From assembly GCA_013265495.1 (NCBI GenBank), contig MU058337.1:2014686-2078685 (forward strand): 64,000 nt of DNA, written 5' to 3'. Positions within the stretch are counted from its first letter, which is position 1. Every line of letters starts with the position of its first letter. The DNA is from Vicugna vicugna. Lineage: Eukaryota. Position numbers and translations under genes: made by a program. Under the pieces are notes generated by a model. That model saw only the letters and a program-made list of their open reading frames with translations, ran no database searches and was not told where the DNA came from. Below, one piece after another: positions 12,519-26,400 of this stretch.

Positions 12519-15500
12519 GGGTGAATATTTACTGTCTAATGCTGGCTCAATGGCATGATTATTTCCAGACTTTTACAGTATGTACTAGGAACTTAAATGG
12601 GCTTTCAAATGACACAGTTAAGTTTTAGAACAAATAGTCTTAGTTTCCCCCACAGTTCGAAGTCAACGGCCCCTTCCTGGGGACAGGAAGGGAGGGGACT
12701 CCATTCCTCCACCATGACAAAGATACACTCCAGGACGGTGATTCCTACCACGTTACTCTTTTCCCAGTTCCCTTACGAGGACTGTTGAGTCCCTGGTTTG
12801 TTTTGGGTGGTAGACATTTGTCAGTATGTGTATTGCTAGATACACAGAGGAGAGAGCTTTCTGGATTTTAGTTTTTAGACAATGGTGAAAAACACAAAAT
12901 GAACAGTTCACAAAATACGTGCTCATCAAAAATTTGGAAACTAACATTGTCTCTTTACACCAGGGGAATGACGCTAGCCACGGACAGCCCGTTCCAATGA
13001 ATGCTTATTTATTTCATAGAGACATCATTGGAAGATCTGCCAAAATTTTCTGGGCGCTAAGCTTTAGGCAGCACAGTGAGGCAGTGGCACAGAAGGGAAA
13101 AAGACCCAAAGTTCTGTAGTGATAAACTGCAACTAAGGGGACTAGGGTCCCTGAAAGGTGGCTGAGACTGAGATTAAGATTAAGGGGGAAGTCTAGCTTT
13201 TCCTGTTGGAGTTGTGCGTTGTCAAGGAATTAAAAGGCTGTTGCCAAGAAGCTTCCTCTCTAAACAGCCTTTCAAAACCCAGCTTCATTCAGTAGCTTGT
13301 TTTCCTTCAGTTCACTACTAGCTTTAGCAATAACGCAGAGCTCCATGGGTTCCATGAAACGGTTCTCCCACATGAAAAAATTGGAAAATGACTCTGTCGT
13401 TCTTCCCTCAATAGGACTCTTCATAGGGGTGCTGGGTAGAACGCTCTTGTAATTTCAAGTCGCAGGTCATGGGAGCCTCAGATCGGGGTTGTAAGGTGAA
13501 CCCTCATTGTTTCCATCTAAGCAGTGACAACAGGAAGAGGTAGGTGATATCAGCATAAAAGGGACAAAGTTTATGCTTCGACCCAAGACTCACTGAAGGT
13601 TGGGGTTGGCAAGTGAGATTCAGAAGAGGCAGGAGTTGAAATGAGTCAGGACAGGTGAATGCTGCCTTCATCCCTGGAGGGCTGAGACTCAAAGACATTA
13701 TAGCCCCTGAGCAAAAAACTAGCTCAATCTCAAGACCCTGAACACCTTCCAAACCATCGATAATGGTGATTTGTAATTAAGAAACTGAGTTACGAGAAAA
13801 ACAACCTTCAAGTGCATTAAAGACAGGCAGTCTAAATGTCTGCATGAGAAAATAATTTTAGGAAAATATTTTCTGTCTGAAATAGCAAAAATAATTTAGC
13901 TGGTGTATTTCTTCTACCTCACTTTCATTTAAACTCCATGAACCCTAAATTGTTCTAATTAACGTCTGTCATTAGGTTTGAGATCTCAACTTGGCATAAG
14001 AAATCTGGCAGAACGTGACATTAAATATTTGTACCCAGTCATAAATTATCAAATTACTTCGTGAGATGTTTCTCATGAAAAACAAGATGAGCTCAGGCAT
14101 TAGATTAAGTGATCTGTAGGACTTGGGGTAACTATATTAGGCAACTGCAAAGTCCCATTTGTGTCATTTACTTTTTAATTAGGAAAGAAAACCAAACATT
14201 TCTGTAGTTTCTAGATGCAGAGAAGATTCTAGAACCTCTGCAGTTGGTAGAAGGGAGGCATGGGACATGCATGTGGGGGATGAATGCTCACAGTTGTCAA
14301 AATTCTGAAGCTGAACGAAGTGGTATGATTGCAAGGGCCCATCTCCCTCTTCCTGGAGGTCCTGTAGTGTGCTTATGGCCTGCACTAACCTTCTTAACTT
14401 GGACAACTGTTGTCAGCCTCTTTATTGATAAATGCGTATTATTCAACCCATGTACAAGGTCCTTTGGAAACATAAAGGTAGCTTAGGTCATGTTACATTA
14501 CCCAAGTGGTGTGCAATGCAGTTGAGCAGAGAAGACACACGTGCATGAATAATAGCACTAAACAACATGGCGTGTGCACTTCAGGTGAAGTCAGGTCAGT
14601 AAGTACCATGAGCGTTCGGGAAGGCGAACCCCACTCAGCTGCATAGGATGGTCCGTGGCCTGGAACACTTCTTCACCAAGAGTTATGGAGCCCTGCCAGT
14701 CTGGCTGGGCTGACGGCCATGTAAGGAAACATCTTTATTTGCTCTGTTCTCCTTTGTTCTGCTGAAGTTCAGCCATCAGTGGCCCTCAGGCACATCCCCA
14801 ACTCTCTGTGTCTCAGACCCAGGGAAGAGGGAAGAGGTCCTTCCATTGCAGCAGGAAGCGGGAGGTGTGGGCTGCTGTGGAGAGGATGTGCTGGCCTGAC
14901 CCTGGTAGGGTAAGGCAGTGCCAAGGGCTGGGTCTGCATGCTCTCTCCTCTGCTGGGAGGAAACACTGCACTGCTCACTCTGTCCCAGTGCAGGTGTCTG
15001 GTCCCAGTGACATCCAATCCTGTCCTGGTCTCTTCTTTGTGGAGCATGTACCTCATTTACCTGCCTTTCTATCTTGGCCTCATTCATGTTGACTTCTAGC
15101 CTGGGCACAGCTGGACCACCCCGGAAACAGTGGAACAATGAGAGTTGAGCAGTAGAAGGATGGCATTCAGCATCCATGGTCTACAGAGATTCACTGAGGA
15201 AGTGGGCTTTGAGCTGGACATTGAGAATGGGTTGGATTTTGACTTCCTCTTACAACGTTTCACCACCCAAGCCTTCCATGGACATATGTTGTAACTTGGT
15301 TTGATTTGCATGGAATTACTCAGAGTGGAGGATAAGGGAGAAAGAACTTACAGCGTGATGTCTTCAAGGGTCCTGGGCTCCCAAGGAACGTCCCTTTCCC
15401 TACTAAGGACATCTTTATTGTCACTGCTACAGAACTTCCAGGTATTTCTCTCCCTAAGGGTTTATGGTGGCCTGACGTCTCCCGTGCAGGTCACAGAATC

Positions 15501-16504
15501 AGATGTCTCAGAAGGGAATTGCACTTCAGAAGTGATACGTGCTTTGCAGGTAAAATAAACATCATCGCTGTGAATCTTGTATCCGGGCAAAGATGGATTC
15601 TTAAGCCAAATAGGAGCTATTTGTGTTGTTATTCAAAAACTAGAAAATAAAAGAACTATAAAGAGGATTGACATGATTCTAAAAGAAACTTTTTTAAAAC
15701 CAATATGCAAGCATGTGGGGTGTAAGTTTTTGTGGTTATACATGAAACTCAATTCAGGAATTCAATTTCCAGACTTTCCACAATAAGCATCAATAACTCA
15801 CATGATAATGGACTCACCTATTAGTAATAAAGTGTTTGAAGTACATCTTCTCCCACTTTATGGAGGCACTGACCTTTGCCGGAGTGAGAAGACTTTAAAC
15901 AGCTTGCCCTCATCCCTCCCTCAGACTCAGTATTACGGACAACTATGCACAATTTAACATCTTCTCCATCTAAAGTCCATCCTCTACTCCACCGGCACAA
16001 TATTCAATTTCTTAGTAATGCATAGAAACCACTTTATTCTGCATGGCTGGAAGTTGCTGTTTTATGTTTGGAAATGTATTATGTGTCAAGAAGGGTGTGA
16101 ATAACAGATATCTGTGTTCCTGGCCAGCTGGTATTCGGATGCCCTAAAATCTGAGCAAATACCATAAGCATTGGGATTGATTTCTCAAAAACATGGCAAA
16201 ATCCAAAATAAACACCTCTGTGGCTGTAAAATGAAGCCCTCTGGACAATTCATCTCCTCAGTGTTTTCTTTCTAACTAGACTCTCCATTCCCAGAAAATT
16301 GGCGGGTAGCAAATAACCACAGTGGGCATTCAAGTAACAGATCGCGATGTGTCCTGATTCAGAAGCAAGAATGCATCTATAACAGATCAGGAAAAAGGCT
16401 TCACACAGTTTGGTATTAAATGGAACAAAATTGTAGGAGACAGGCTGAACAGAAAGACAGGATTCTGCTAATGAAAGTGTAAAGCCAGTTATTCAATGAA
16501 AAAA

Positions 16505-16665
16505 TGCCTAGAATTTTGGAGACGGAGGGGAGCTCGGAGGTTTTCTGGTCCGAACACCTTCTATCACAGGGGAGGTCACTGAAGTCCCGGGATGTTAGGT
16601 TAGTCGCCCAAGTGGAGCCAACAGTGCGACATGACTGTAAACCAACCCTCCTGACACTGGGTTTT
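16505..16665 (-). mobile_element. MIR3/MIRc-like SINE fragment
   Basis: AGAATTTTGGAGACGGAGGGGAGCTCGGAGGTTTTCTGGTCC...CACAGGGGAGGTCACTGAAGTCCC...GCCCAAG. Confidence 0.6.
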
Positions 16666-16834
16666 ACGTCATCATTTTTCTTCCCACTGATGTTTGTGTG
16701 TGTGCGCCAGACAAACGAGTAACAGACATCGACAAAAGACTCCCGTCTGAGGTTTTTACTGTCAATTGAGAAGCTTCTATTTAACTGATTTTGGAGTAAT
16801 CATTTTGCTTTAACTTGTGGGGTGTGTGTGTGTG

Positions 16835-19540
16835 TTAAACACCTTTATGGAGATATAACTCACATTCCGTACACTCACTCATTTTAAGCATACAATTCAT
16901 GTTTTCTAGTATATTCACTAAAATTCTAGTATATTCACTAAAGGCACCATTTTTTTTAATTTTTTTTTATTTTTATCATCCTCCCCCCAAAAACCTATAC
17001 ACACACAGCAATTATGCTCCATTCCCCTCCCACCACTGCCCTGGGTGACAACGTATCCACTTTCTTTCTCTATGTAATTGTGTACTCTGGACATTTCATA
17101 CGGAATCATAGTATTTAGTCTTTTGTGAGTGGCTTCTTTCACTTGTTTCACATGTTTTCAAGGTTCATCTATGTTGTGATATGTATATGGTATGTATCTG
17201 AAGTTTATTCCTTTTAATTGCTAAATAATATTTCATCATATGGCTACACCACATCTTAATTATCCTCACATCACCTGCTGGGCATTTGTGTTTTTTCTAC
17301 CTTTTGGCTGCTATAAATAATGCTTATATAAAAATTCATGTACAAGCTTTAGTGTGGACATAAACTTTCATTACTTTTGAGTACATACCCAGCAGCAGAA
17401 CTGCTGGCTCCAACCCTGTTTAACATTTTGAAGAACCGTGAGACTGTTCTCCAGAGGAACTGCACCATTTTACATGGCTTCCAGCAATGCAGGAGGGTTT
17501 CCACTTTCCCACCTCCGTGCCAACCCTTGTTATTGCCTGTCCGTTTGATTATAGCCAAGGTAGCTGTTGGAGGAGGCCATCACAGGACATGGCCCTGAGA
17601 AGTGGACCCGGGAGTCCCAGGTCCTCACTCCCTCCCTTGTCCTCAGAATGTACGTTTCACCCACTGTTCTTACACTAGGAGTTTCAAAAACACAGCCTTC
17701 AGAGTAAGGTGTCGTTGAAACCATCTGGACTGAAAACGTTACCAAACCCCACTGAGGTCTCTCTATACACTCTTAAGATTTTGGTGGGTGGGTGTAGAGA
17801 TCGACCCTTGTGATTGCCCAAGACAAGCCTCCCTAAGTAAGTTCCCTTCGTATTGAAACTGCCCCTACCAGTCTGGAGCCGTCTGCCTCTTGCACTGGTC
17901 TCTCCTTCCCTCCTTTGTACGGGGCCAATTTAAGAACCAACAGTCGTGCATAGGAAGTGGTATCTGAGTGTGGCTTGGTTTGCATTTCCCTCATCACTAA
18001 TGATACTGAGCATCTCTTCATACATTTGTTAATCATTTGCATATTTTTTCTGGAGAAAATGTCTACTCAGGGCTTTCTTGGTCTACTTTTTAAATGAGTT
18101 ATTTGTCTGTTTATTATTAGTTGACAGTTACATGTGCAAGACACAAGTCTGTTATCAGATTTAGCATTCACAAATACCGTCTCCCATTCTATAGGTTGTC
18201 TTTCACTTTCTGGATGGTGTCATTCGAATTTAAAAGGTTTTAAATTTGATGAAGTCAGTTTATCTCCATTTACTTTTGTTACTTGTGCTTTTGGTGTCAT
18301 TTTTAAGATTGGTCTCACCCAAGGTCATGAAGATTTATTCCTATATTTTCTTCTAAGAATTTATTTTTTTTTTAGCTCTTACGTATGTGACCATGATCTG
18401 TTTTGAGCTAATATGTCTCTTCTGTGAAAAAGGGTTCTGATATTTGTTTATTTTGCATGAAACTATCCAGTTGCCGTAGCACCATTTGTTGGAAAGACTA
18501 CTCTTTTCCTATTGATCGTTTCGGCACCCTTGTCAAAAATCAGCTGACCATCAGTGTGATGGTTTACTTCTGGACTCTGAGTTTTATTCCATTGAAATCT
18601 GTGTCTGTCCTTATGTGGGTACCACACTGTCTTGCTTACTATAGCTTTGTAGTATGTTTTGAAATTGGGACGTGTGGATTCTCTTTGTTCTTTCTCAAGA
18701 TAGTTTTGACTGTCTGGGGGACTTTGCATTCCCATGATCAATTTTAGGATCAGCTTGTCAATTTCTGTAAAAGCAAGGTGAGATTTTGATAAGGATTGTG
18801 TTCAATCTGTCGGTCAATTTGGGGGAAGTATTGTCATTTAACAATAGTAAGTCTCCTGACCCATAATTTCTTTCCATTTATTTAGGTCATCTTTAATTTC
18901 TTTTGACTATGTTTTGTAGTTTTCAGAGGATAAACTTTGCACTACTTTTGTCAACTTTTGCTAAATATTTTATTCTTCTGGATGATATTGAAATTGTTTT
19001 CTCAATTTTATTTCAGATTTGTCAAATATGTTGATGTTCAAGAAGAAATTTTTTGTGTCTTTGATTTTCTTTATTCTTTTGTATTCTCCATTTCATTCAT
19101 TTCTACACTAAGCTTTATTATTTCCTTCCTTCTGCTTCTGCTTTGTTTAGGCTGGGTGCACTCTTCTTGTTTCGGGGTCAAGTTTACATTATTGATTTGA
19201 AATATAAATGTTTACAACTTTAAGTTTCCTCTAAATACTACCTTGGCCGTATCCTAAAAGTTTTGATATGTTGGGTCTTCACTCTCATTCTTCTCAAAGT
19301 ATTTTAATTTTCTCTTGTGATTTATCATTTGATCCATTGGTTATTTAGTAGTATGTTGTTTGATTTCCACATTTGTAAATTTTCCAATAATTTTTTTTAA
19401 TATTGATTTCTAATCTCATTCCATTGTGGTCAGAGGATGTACTTTGTATGATTTCAACCCTTTTCAATTTCGAGAAGTTTTTATATGGTTTAGCACATAG
19501 TCCATCCTGGAGAATGTCCTACACGCACTTAAGAAGATGT
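16835..19540 (-). mobile_element. Degraded L1 (L1M/L1MB-like): 3' UTR plus ORF2 relics, interrupted by an LTR at 17565-17942 and internally deleted near 19030
   Basis: Minus-strand ORFs give L1 ORF2 peptides: PNFKTYYKAIVSKTVWYPHKDRHRFQWNKTQSPEVNHHTDGQLIFDKGA (18463-18741), MKRCSVSLVMREMQTK (17833-18042), MAIIKRTGNNKGW...ETLLHCW...VQFLW (17349-17558); endonuclease-region DNA near 19420-19535. Confidence 0.9.
17565..17942 (+). mobile_element. Solo ERV LTR (378 bp) inserted in L1 ORF2
   Basis: Terminal inverted TGTTGG...CCAACA; splits collinear L1 sequence; TATA-like and decayed poly(A)-signal-like motifs suggest + orientation; family not determined. Confidence 0.75.
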
Positions 19541-19544
19541 ATAT

Positions 19545-21500
19545 ATGATTTGAGATACATTTTTATACAGTGAAATGATAAAGTGTTCGGATCTCCAGTA
19601 TGTAGTTTAACAAATTTTGATAAAGATGCACACTTGGGTGATCATCACTTGAATCCAGGCGTATCAGCTCTGAACGTCTCCTCATGCTTTCTTCTGGGGT
19701 ACACGTGCCATTGATAAGTAACCATCATTCTGGTTTCTTCTATCATAGTTTAGTTTTGCTTGTTTATGTGCATTAAATATGTGAGTTCACAATATATGAA
19801 TGATTATATATCTGGCCTTTTTGTCCTCAACCTAATGTTTTTGAGATTCATTCCTACTGGTGTGTGAATCAGTATTTCTTTTTATTGTTGGGAAGTTCCC
19901 CATTACATGAACACACCACAGCTTGCTTATCCATTCTCTTGTGAGTTTTTAATGCTTGCTGTTATGAACAGAGCTGGTGTACACATTTCTGTACACATCT
20001 TTTGTATACACCAATTTTTATTTCTCTCAGACAAATGTGAAGAAGAGGACTTGCTGAATCAGAGCGTGGGTGTATCCTTAGTTTTGTAAGGAATTGCCAA
20101 ACATTCTTCTGAAGTCACTGTACTACTTAATACTCCCAAAAGGAAAGAGTCCCCTTAGCTCCACATTCTCACAACCTTAATGTGTTCATGTGTTTTTCTA
20201 TTTTGTTTTAGCAATTCTAGCAGGTGAGAAATGACAGCTCATCGTGGATTTAGTAGGAATTTCCCTGATGACTTGAGCACTTCATGTGCTTTTTGGACAT
20301 ACATCTTCTTTTTTAAAGTAACTGTTCAAGTCTTTTGCCAATTTTTTATTGAGTTACTTGTCCTTTTGCTATTGATTTCTAGTTCTTTTTCTATTTTGGA
20401 TGCAAATCCTCTGTCAGATAGTATATATGCATATACATTAAAGGTATTTTCTGTGTCTCTGTGAATTGTGTTTACATTTTCCGAATGTCTTCTATTAATG
20501 AAGAGGGGTGTTTTCTTTATTCTGATGAAGTCCAATGAATCAACATCTTCATGTTATGTTTAAAAACAAAACAACATTCAAACATAAAAACATTACATAA
20601 ACATAAAAGCATTAACATTAAACGTAAAAACATTTAAAATATGTTTTGTGTTTTTAAGAAAATACTGCCTACCTCAAATGTATGCACATAATTTACTATG
20701 TTTTCTTCTTGAAGTGTCATACATTCAGTTTTTACATCTAATTCAACAATCTATTTCAAATTATTATTTCTATTGATACTAGGTAGGGGATGAGATCCAT
20801 TTGTTCACACACATCTATCAGGTTGTTCTAGGAAAATACCTTTTCCTCGTTGAATGCTCTTGATGTCTTTGTCGAAAATCAATTGAACATGTTTTCATTT
20901 ATGTTCGGTTTTGAATCTATTCTGTTCCATTGATCTATGCAAAAGTACCATACTCTTAATTACTGTAGCTTTATGGTAAGCCTTAAAACCAGTCTTTTTT
21001 GTATGTCTTCCAATTTTCCTCTTCTAAGTCAATATTTGTTTAGGCTCATATAGATCTCTTGCCTTCCCTCATATTTTGTAATAAACTTATATTTTCTTTA
21101 AAAAACATTTAGCATTTTGATTGGAATTGCATCGACTCAACCTATTTATTTGGAGGAGTTGACATTTGTTACTACTGAGTCTTCAACCCACGTACCTAGT
21201 GTATTTCTCCATTTATTTAGATTTTTTGTTTCTTCGTTTGTCAGTTGTGATGTTTTGTCCTTCAAGGAATCTGTCCTTTGTGTCTGAGTTACACGTTTGG
21301 TGGCATGAAGTTGGTCTTAATGTTTCCATATTGTCCTTTTAGTGTCTGTAGGAGCTGTCCCTGTCTCCCCCTTATATTTATGATACTGTTATTCATGGTT
21401 TCTTTCTTCTTTCTTCATCAATCTTCCTAATAGTGTCTCAATTTTTAAAACTTTTTTATTGAGACAACATTCAGATTTATTGATTATCTCTTTTGTTTTC
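19545..21500 (-). mobile_element. Second, older degraded L1M element (3' UTR plus ORF2 fragments)
   Basis: Typical antisense L1 text, e.g. TTGGATGCAAATCCTCTGTCAGATA, TCTATTCTGTTCCATTGATCTATG, TTGATTGGAATTGCATCGACTC. Confidence 0.8.
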
Positions 21501-21663
21501 ACTTGTCCCACTGAATTCTTTGCCTCATTGGGAAGGACCTCAGATTAGGGCGGTCTTTAAATTTTAGTGTAGGGGCTCCCCTTGTCGGGGTCTAAGAGTG
21601 GTACTTTTTGTTCCCTTTGACACCACTGGAAAGAGTTCCCCCATTTCTACTCAGCAATATCCA

Positions 21664-22079
21664 TGTGGCAGACTGCATTATTGTTTAAAAAAGAAAAACC
21701 CTTATTATCTCATCAAGTGGATGGTTATATTGCTCTGTCCCATTGGTATAAGGCTTGTCCTGTGACTTACTCTGGCCAATGAAGTGAACATGCAAATTTG
21801 GCAGAAGCCACAAGCCTTGTGATCACCACGTCTTTTCCTCTTCCCAGCGTAGGCAGTGTCCCTAACAAGCTGCTCCATGACTTTGGTCCTAAAGTAAAGG
21901 TGGGGGGCGTGGAGCAGAGGCCCCGGGTGAACCATAACAGTGAGCTAGAGAGGGACGAGACAGACCAACAACCAGTCAAACAAATAAGCACCACCAACAC
22001 AAAGCTTTGGGGGCTGTTTGGGGAGGGGTGGTGTTTGGGGTGTTGTCACAACATAGCATGAGCTGTCCTGACAGGTCAG
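21664..22079 (+). mobile_element. MaLR LTR (MLT1H/I/J-like)
   Basis: TGTGGCAGAC start; GGCTTGTCCTGTGACTTACTCTGGCCAATGAAGTG; GCTGCTCCATGACTTTGGTCCT; 3' GTTGTCACAACATAGCATGAGCTGTCCTGAC. Confidence 0.7.
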
Positions 22080-23875
22080 AGTCAGCTGATGCCTGTGAAT
22101 TTTGTACAGAAATGACCACCGACTTAGTGCCACACTTCATTTTCTAGAGCAGGGCTGTTGGTCCTCGAGACCCCACTCTGTCCTGAAAATGGCCCCTGGA
22201 CTTGCTGGCTCTACGACCTCGACCCACTGAGGCTTAAATCCAATCCAAGAGGCTGATTGGAAGATGCCTTGTAGGCCCTGAAACTTTTTTGTCTTTATCC
22301 ACCTGCTAAAGTGAGCAATCAGTCTTGGAAGGAATGTTGCTTCTCTGGAATAATTTAGCTTTGGGTTGAAACCAAGCCCAGAAAGTTAATCTGAAGGAAA
22401 GCTTTTTGTGGAAAAGTTATGAATAAGTAAAAAAAAGCAGAGTGAGATATGATGTGCTTTCATGAATACCACTGGGTTTTCCTGAAAACACTCTAATAAG
22501 AGGGGAAATATAAAATTAACAACTTTTCCAGATAATCAGCTTCACTTATAAAAGGCAGAGCACATATTTACTCTAAGGGCAGTTTCACTAATATGACTTC
22601 CATGAACCAACTAGTCTCAAATATACATTATATTAAAATAAGAGTTCAGAATATGGGTTTCCCATTCATAGTTTCTTTTAAGCAGGCACGTTTCTGCTTT
22701 TTTTTTTTTTAATAAAGGGGAGTACAGAGAAAAACAGAGTTTGTAGGGGAAAAAGTTTCAATTTTTGCTCTTCTAAATTCAATAAGGGAAAATTTGCTTC
22801 TTTAAATAATGTCCCTCCTTGCCAGTATGGCTATCCAAAGGGGTTTTATAACTGTTGGTCAGTATAAACTGTACATCTACCCGCTGCCCAATCATTCCAT
22901 CCTTTGTATTTTTTTACATTTAGCATAGTTTATTTTATCATAGTATTAATAGTATTATCATAGTTTGATCATAGTATTATTTTTTCATATGTTTCCAAAA
23001 TTTTCCTTTATCTTTTCTTCTAAAATTAGCCAATGACTCATAAAAAATTACCATTAAAATATATAATACATATTAACCTATCTACTGTTTATAAAAGAAA
23101 ACTCTGTTAATCACTTCTTAATGCTAATTTTGTTCTTTAATTTCCTTTTGTAGAATCTGAAAGAACAGAGTGCTACCCAGGGGCAAAGTAACTCCTTTTG
23201 TTTGGCATGCAGTTGAAAAATCAAACACTCCAGAAACATTGTCTCTTGTCTTGACACCACTTAAATTATAATTCTCACAGTGTGATGAAAACACATGTAC
23301 TCATTTCTAAATTAACTGTCCCTGAGTATTTATGCTTTAGATTATTTTTAAATCAGCAAGATGTTTTAAAACATCAGGTAAATCAAATGTATCTTGTTAT
23401 ATTTTCTTCAACTTCTCCAAGACAATTTACCTTTGGATTGAGACCAACTCTTTAAATTCAATCTGGGAAAGGATTGTTTTGTATGAAGGCTATGAATAAG
23501 AGAAAAGGACAGAATATGCTATACTTTCATGAACACCATTGTTTCCCCCTGCAAACCCTACAGTAAGAGGGGAAATTCACAGAACACAAAGCAAATAATG
23601 AAAGGAAATGTAGAGTGTTCCCATATCCTCACTGTAATGCTAGTGACTGAAACAGGAAACATGGTGGCATATGATTACTTAACTGTATAGACTTTTGTGT
23701 TGAAATGTGACATCACTTGCCAACAGGGAGTCCCATTGGAAATGACTGTAAATCTGTTTTTAGCCACTTTTAGTCTTCTTAAAAAAAAAAAAAGACTGTT
23801 TCTGAAAGTGTCTTCAGAGTAAATTGCCTTTGAAGTAGATGAAAATATGTTCTTCTTTCTGTTGATTTTTTTATC

Positions 23876-24087
23876 CTTTTTTTTTATTGAAATACAGTCA
23901 ATTTACAATGTTAGTTTCGGGTACACAGCAAAGTGGTTCAGTTATACACATACATACATACGTATACATATTTCCAGGTTCTTTTCCATTGCAGCTTATC
24001 ACAAGAAACTGAATACAGTTCCCTGTGCTACACCGTATTCCTTGCTGTTTATCTCTTTTATATATAGTAGTGTGTATCTGTTAGTCC
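23876..24087 (-). mobile_element. 5'-truncated L1 3' end, cetartiodactyl-type
   Basis: TTTTATTGAAATACAGTCAATTTACAATGTT...GAATACAGTTCCCTGTGCTACAC...TATATATAGTAGTGTGTATCTGTTA; same family as 28045-28250 in opposite orientation. Confidence 0.85.
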
Positions 24088-26302
24088 TGGCATTGGTTTT
24101 AGACATTCAGATGCTATGAGAGCATCTATAATCAGGTTTTTTTTTTTCTGGACAAAAGGTAATGATGGAGCAATTACTAATAGTATTATGAAGTAATACA
24201 AGATTTAATTCTCATTTAAATACAGAGCCTAAACATAACCAGCTTACTTTTACTGATTCAGATGATCGCAATGTATCCAGTCCATTTGTGCTAATAGCCT
24301 GTTCTACAGCAGGAGGAGAGGACAGATTAAGCCTCGCAATGTATAGATATCCGTCTTCACCTGAAGGGATTCCAAGGAACCCCCTCCACCCCCGGCCCCT
24401 TCCGATGAATCCTAGTTGTTCAACTTCCTTAAATATAGCTTTTAGGGAACGCATTCAGGTGGATTCAAGAAGCGCACGTGGGCATTTGCACAGCCGGTAA
24501 TCATCACCACTCGATCGTGTCCACGTCCTTACAGTCAAATATTAGCAACTTGAGGATTGCTTGAGGCTGGAGCCGGTTGTTTGAGGAAGGAGAAAAGATA
24601 GCTGTGGTCTAATGGAAACAGCAGGTTGTGAGGGGACCAGAAGCTTCTAAAGATTGTATGTATCTAGGGAAACTGTATCATCCCTTTGGAAATGAAGGAC
24701 AGTACGTACTGTATGATTCAGAGCTGCTACTCAGGAAATTGTCCACAATTTTCTTTTCCTTTTTCCATGCTCTTATTTAATAAAGATAGTTTTGAAAATA
24801 CCAGTCTGTCTTGCAGTCATAAGAAATTTCTTGGTCCAATTTTGCATAAAAATTTTAAAGGGACAGAGGCACCTCATGGAGAGGGTAAGATGTCTTGTGA
24901 TAGCAGGGCACCCATGATGTGAGACACTCAAGACAAGGAAGGAACCCCAGGGAGCCGGCTCCGGGGCTTGGCTGAGTTACCTCTTGTCACCTCCAGAGTC
25001 TCACCCCAGGAGTCCCTGCTAAACTCTTGACCTTCCTTTGTTTTAAAAACAAATACCACCCTTTTCTAAGTTATGGAGAATAATTAAATGGGACCTATTT
25101 GGCTCAAACTCTAGAGTAAATGACTAAAAGAGACAGTGTGGTATTTACTGAGTTCAATTGTCAAGAGAAGAAAAAACAACTTAACTGTGGATAACACCTT
25201 ACGCAGCCTTCGGTTGACTCTAAATTCCCAAGAAAGACACAAGGTGACATTTTTCTCCAGCCCTAGACTGGAGAAAGTTGTCGATTTACATGATTTGTCG
25301 TCAGACTCATATCTTCCTTTGTCTTGTCCCCTGGATGCTGAGAACACTCCCACGACGGTCGTTTTCATTCCTTCTGCCTTTCTAGACAAGCTCCCCAGTT
25401 TTGGTTCACCTACATCTCTTACTCCAGGAAAGACATGTTAGTCCTATTTGCCATTTCCTTTCTGCCGAGATACATTCCCTTATCCAAATAAGTTTTGAAT
25501 TTTAAGAGATATTTTATGCATTTACTCAGACTGGGTACTATGACAGAGCCAGTATGAAAAATCCTCTTTGGCCACAGTAACAGCGGTCCAGAGTTCAAAG
25601 CCAACGTTGGTTGACATTTCCCTGGTCACCTTCTAAGTTTTTGCTTGAGTGAGTCCTATCTGAAGGGCAGGTGTTGTGCAGAATTCCTTCTTCCCATTCC
25701 AAGACATTTTGAAATCTCTCTGCACTCTAATTAGACATGTTCAGATTTATCTTTTAGGGACAGTTGGGTGTAACCCACTTAGATTGAAGGTGTCTTTCAG
25801 AATATGGATCAAATTCTCACTCTCCACAGATGTGCCATGACCCCAACATGCTGGAGTCTTCCGTGCACCAATTCCCAAAGGACTAAAGATTTTTGCAGCC
25901 TGTGTTGATTTATATCACTCAGAATGAGCTAAGCAGTGGCTGGGGTTTGAGTGAAGCCACCAGTTCATATCAATCCAGCCGTATTTGTTTGAGGATGTCC
26001 ACTAGTCAAATGCTTTCCCTCATCAGTGGGGAAATGTAGAACATATGGTGAATTTTACAGGCCCGGTAGGGGCTCATTTTTCTTGTAAGAGAATCCATTT
26101 CTTCAGGGACCATTTAACTACCTGCTAACTTTAATTAAGCTTGTATGGTTCTTAAATTAAAAAAATGTATATACACTAAGGTATTAGGGAGCTTCTTGGG
26201 AACTGACATGATGTTTGTTCTTTTACACAAAATACACGCATATTTGAGATTTTGAAAACCTACCTCTGACTCATCGCTTGGTGAACACTGACACAGGAGA
26301 AC

Positions 26303-26400
26303 ACTAAACTGTAAGCCTTAAAAGGGCAAAGAAGGAATGTCCCCAGCCCATAGGACTGACATTGTAGATGTTCAGTCAACCCTTGTGGGATAAAAGAATG
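26303..26400 (+). mobile_element. L2 3' end fragment
   Basis: CTAAACTGTAAGCCTTAAAAGGGCA...GACATTGTAGATGTTCAGTCAACCCTTGTGGGATAAAAGAATG. Confidence 0.5.

Noticed and set aside
14660..15170. GC-richer segment apparently interrupting an L2, possibly an old ERVL/MaLR LTR
   Set aside because: Could not define termini or family with enough confidence.
17349..18741. ORFs with real protein similarity
   Set aside because: Frameshifted L1 ORF2 relics, not a host gene.
23128..23195. Strong + strand acceptor (TTTCCTTTTGTAG) with possible 34-nt exon
   Set aside because: Weak donor, no recognisable peptide and no partner exons.
24266..24344. 11-nt direct repeat TCGCAATGTAT
   Set aside because: Only two short copies; not an array and no supporting structure.
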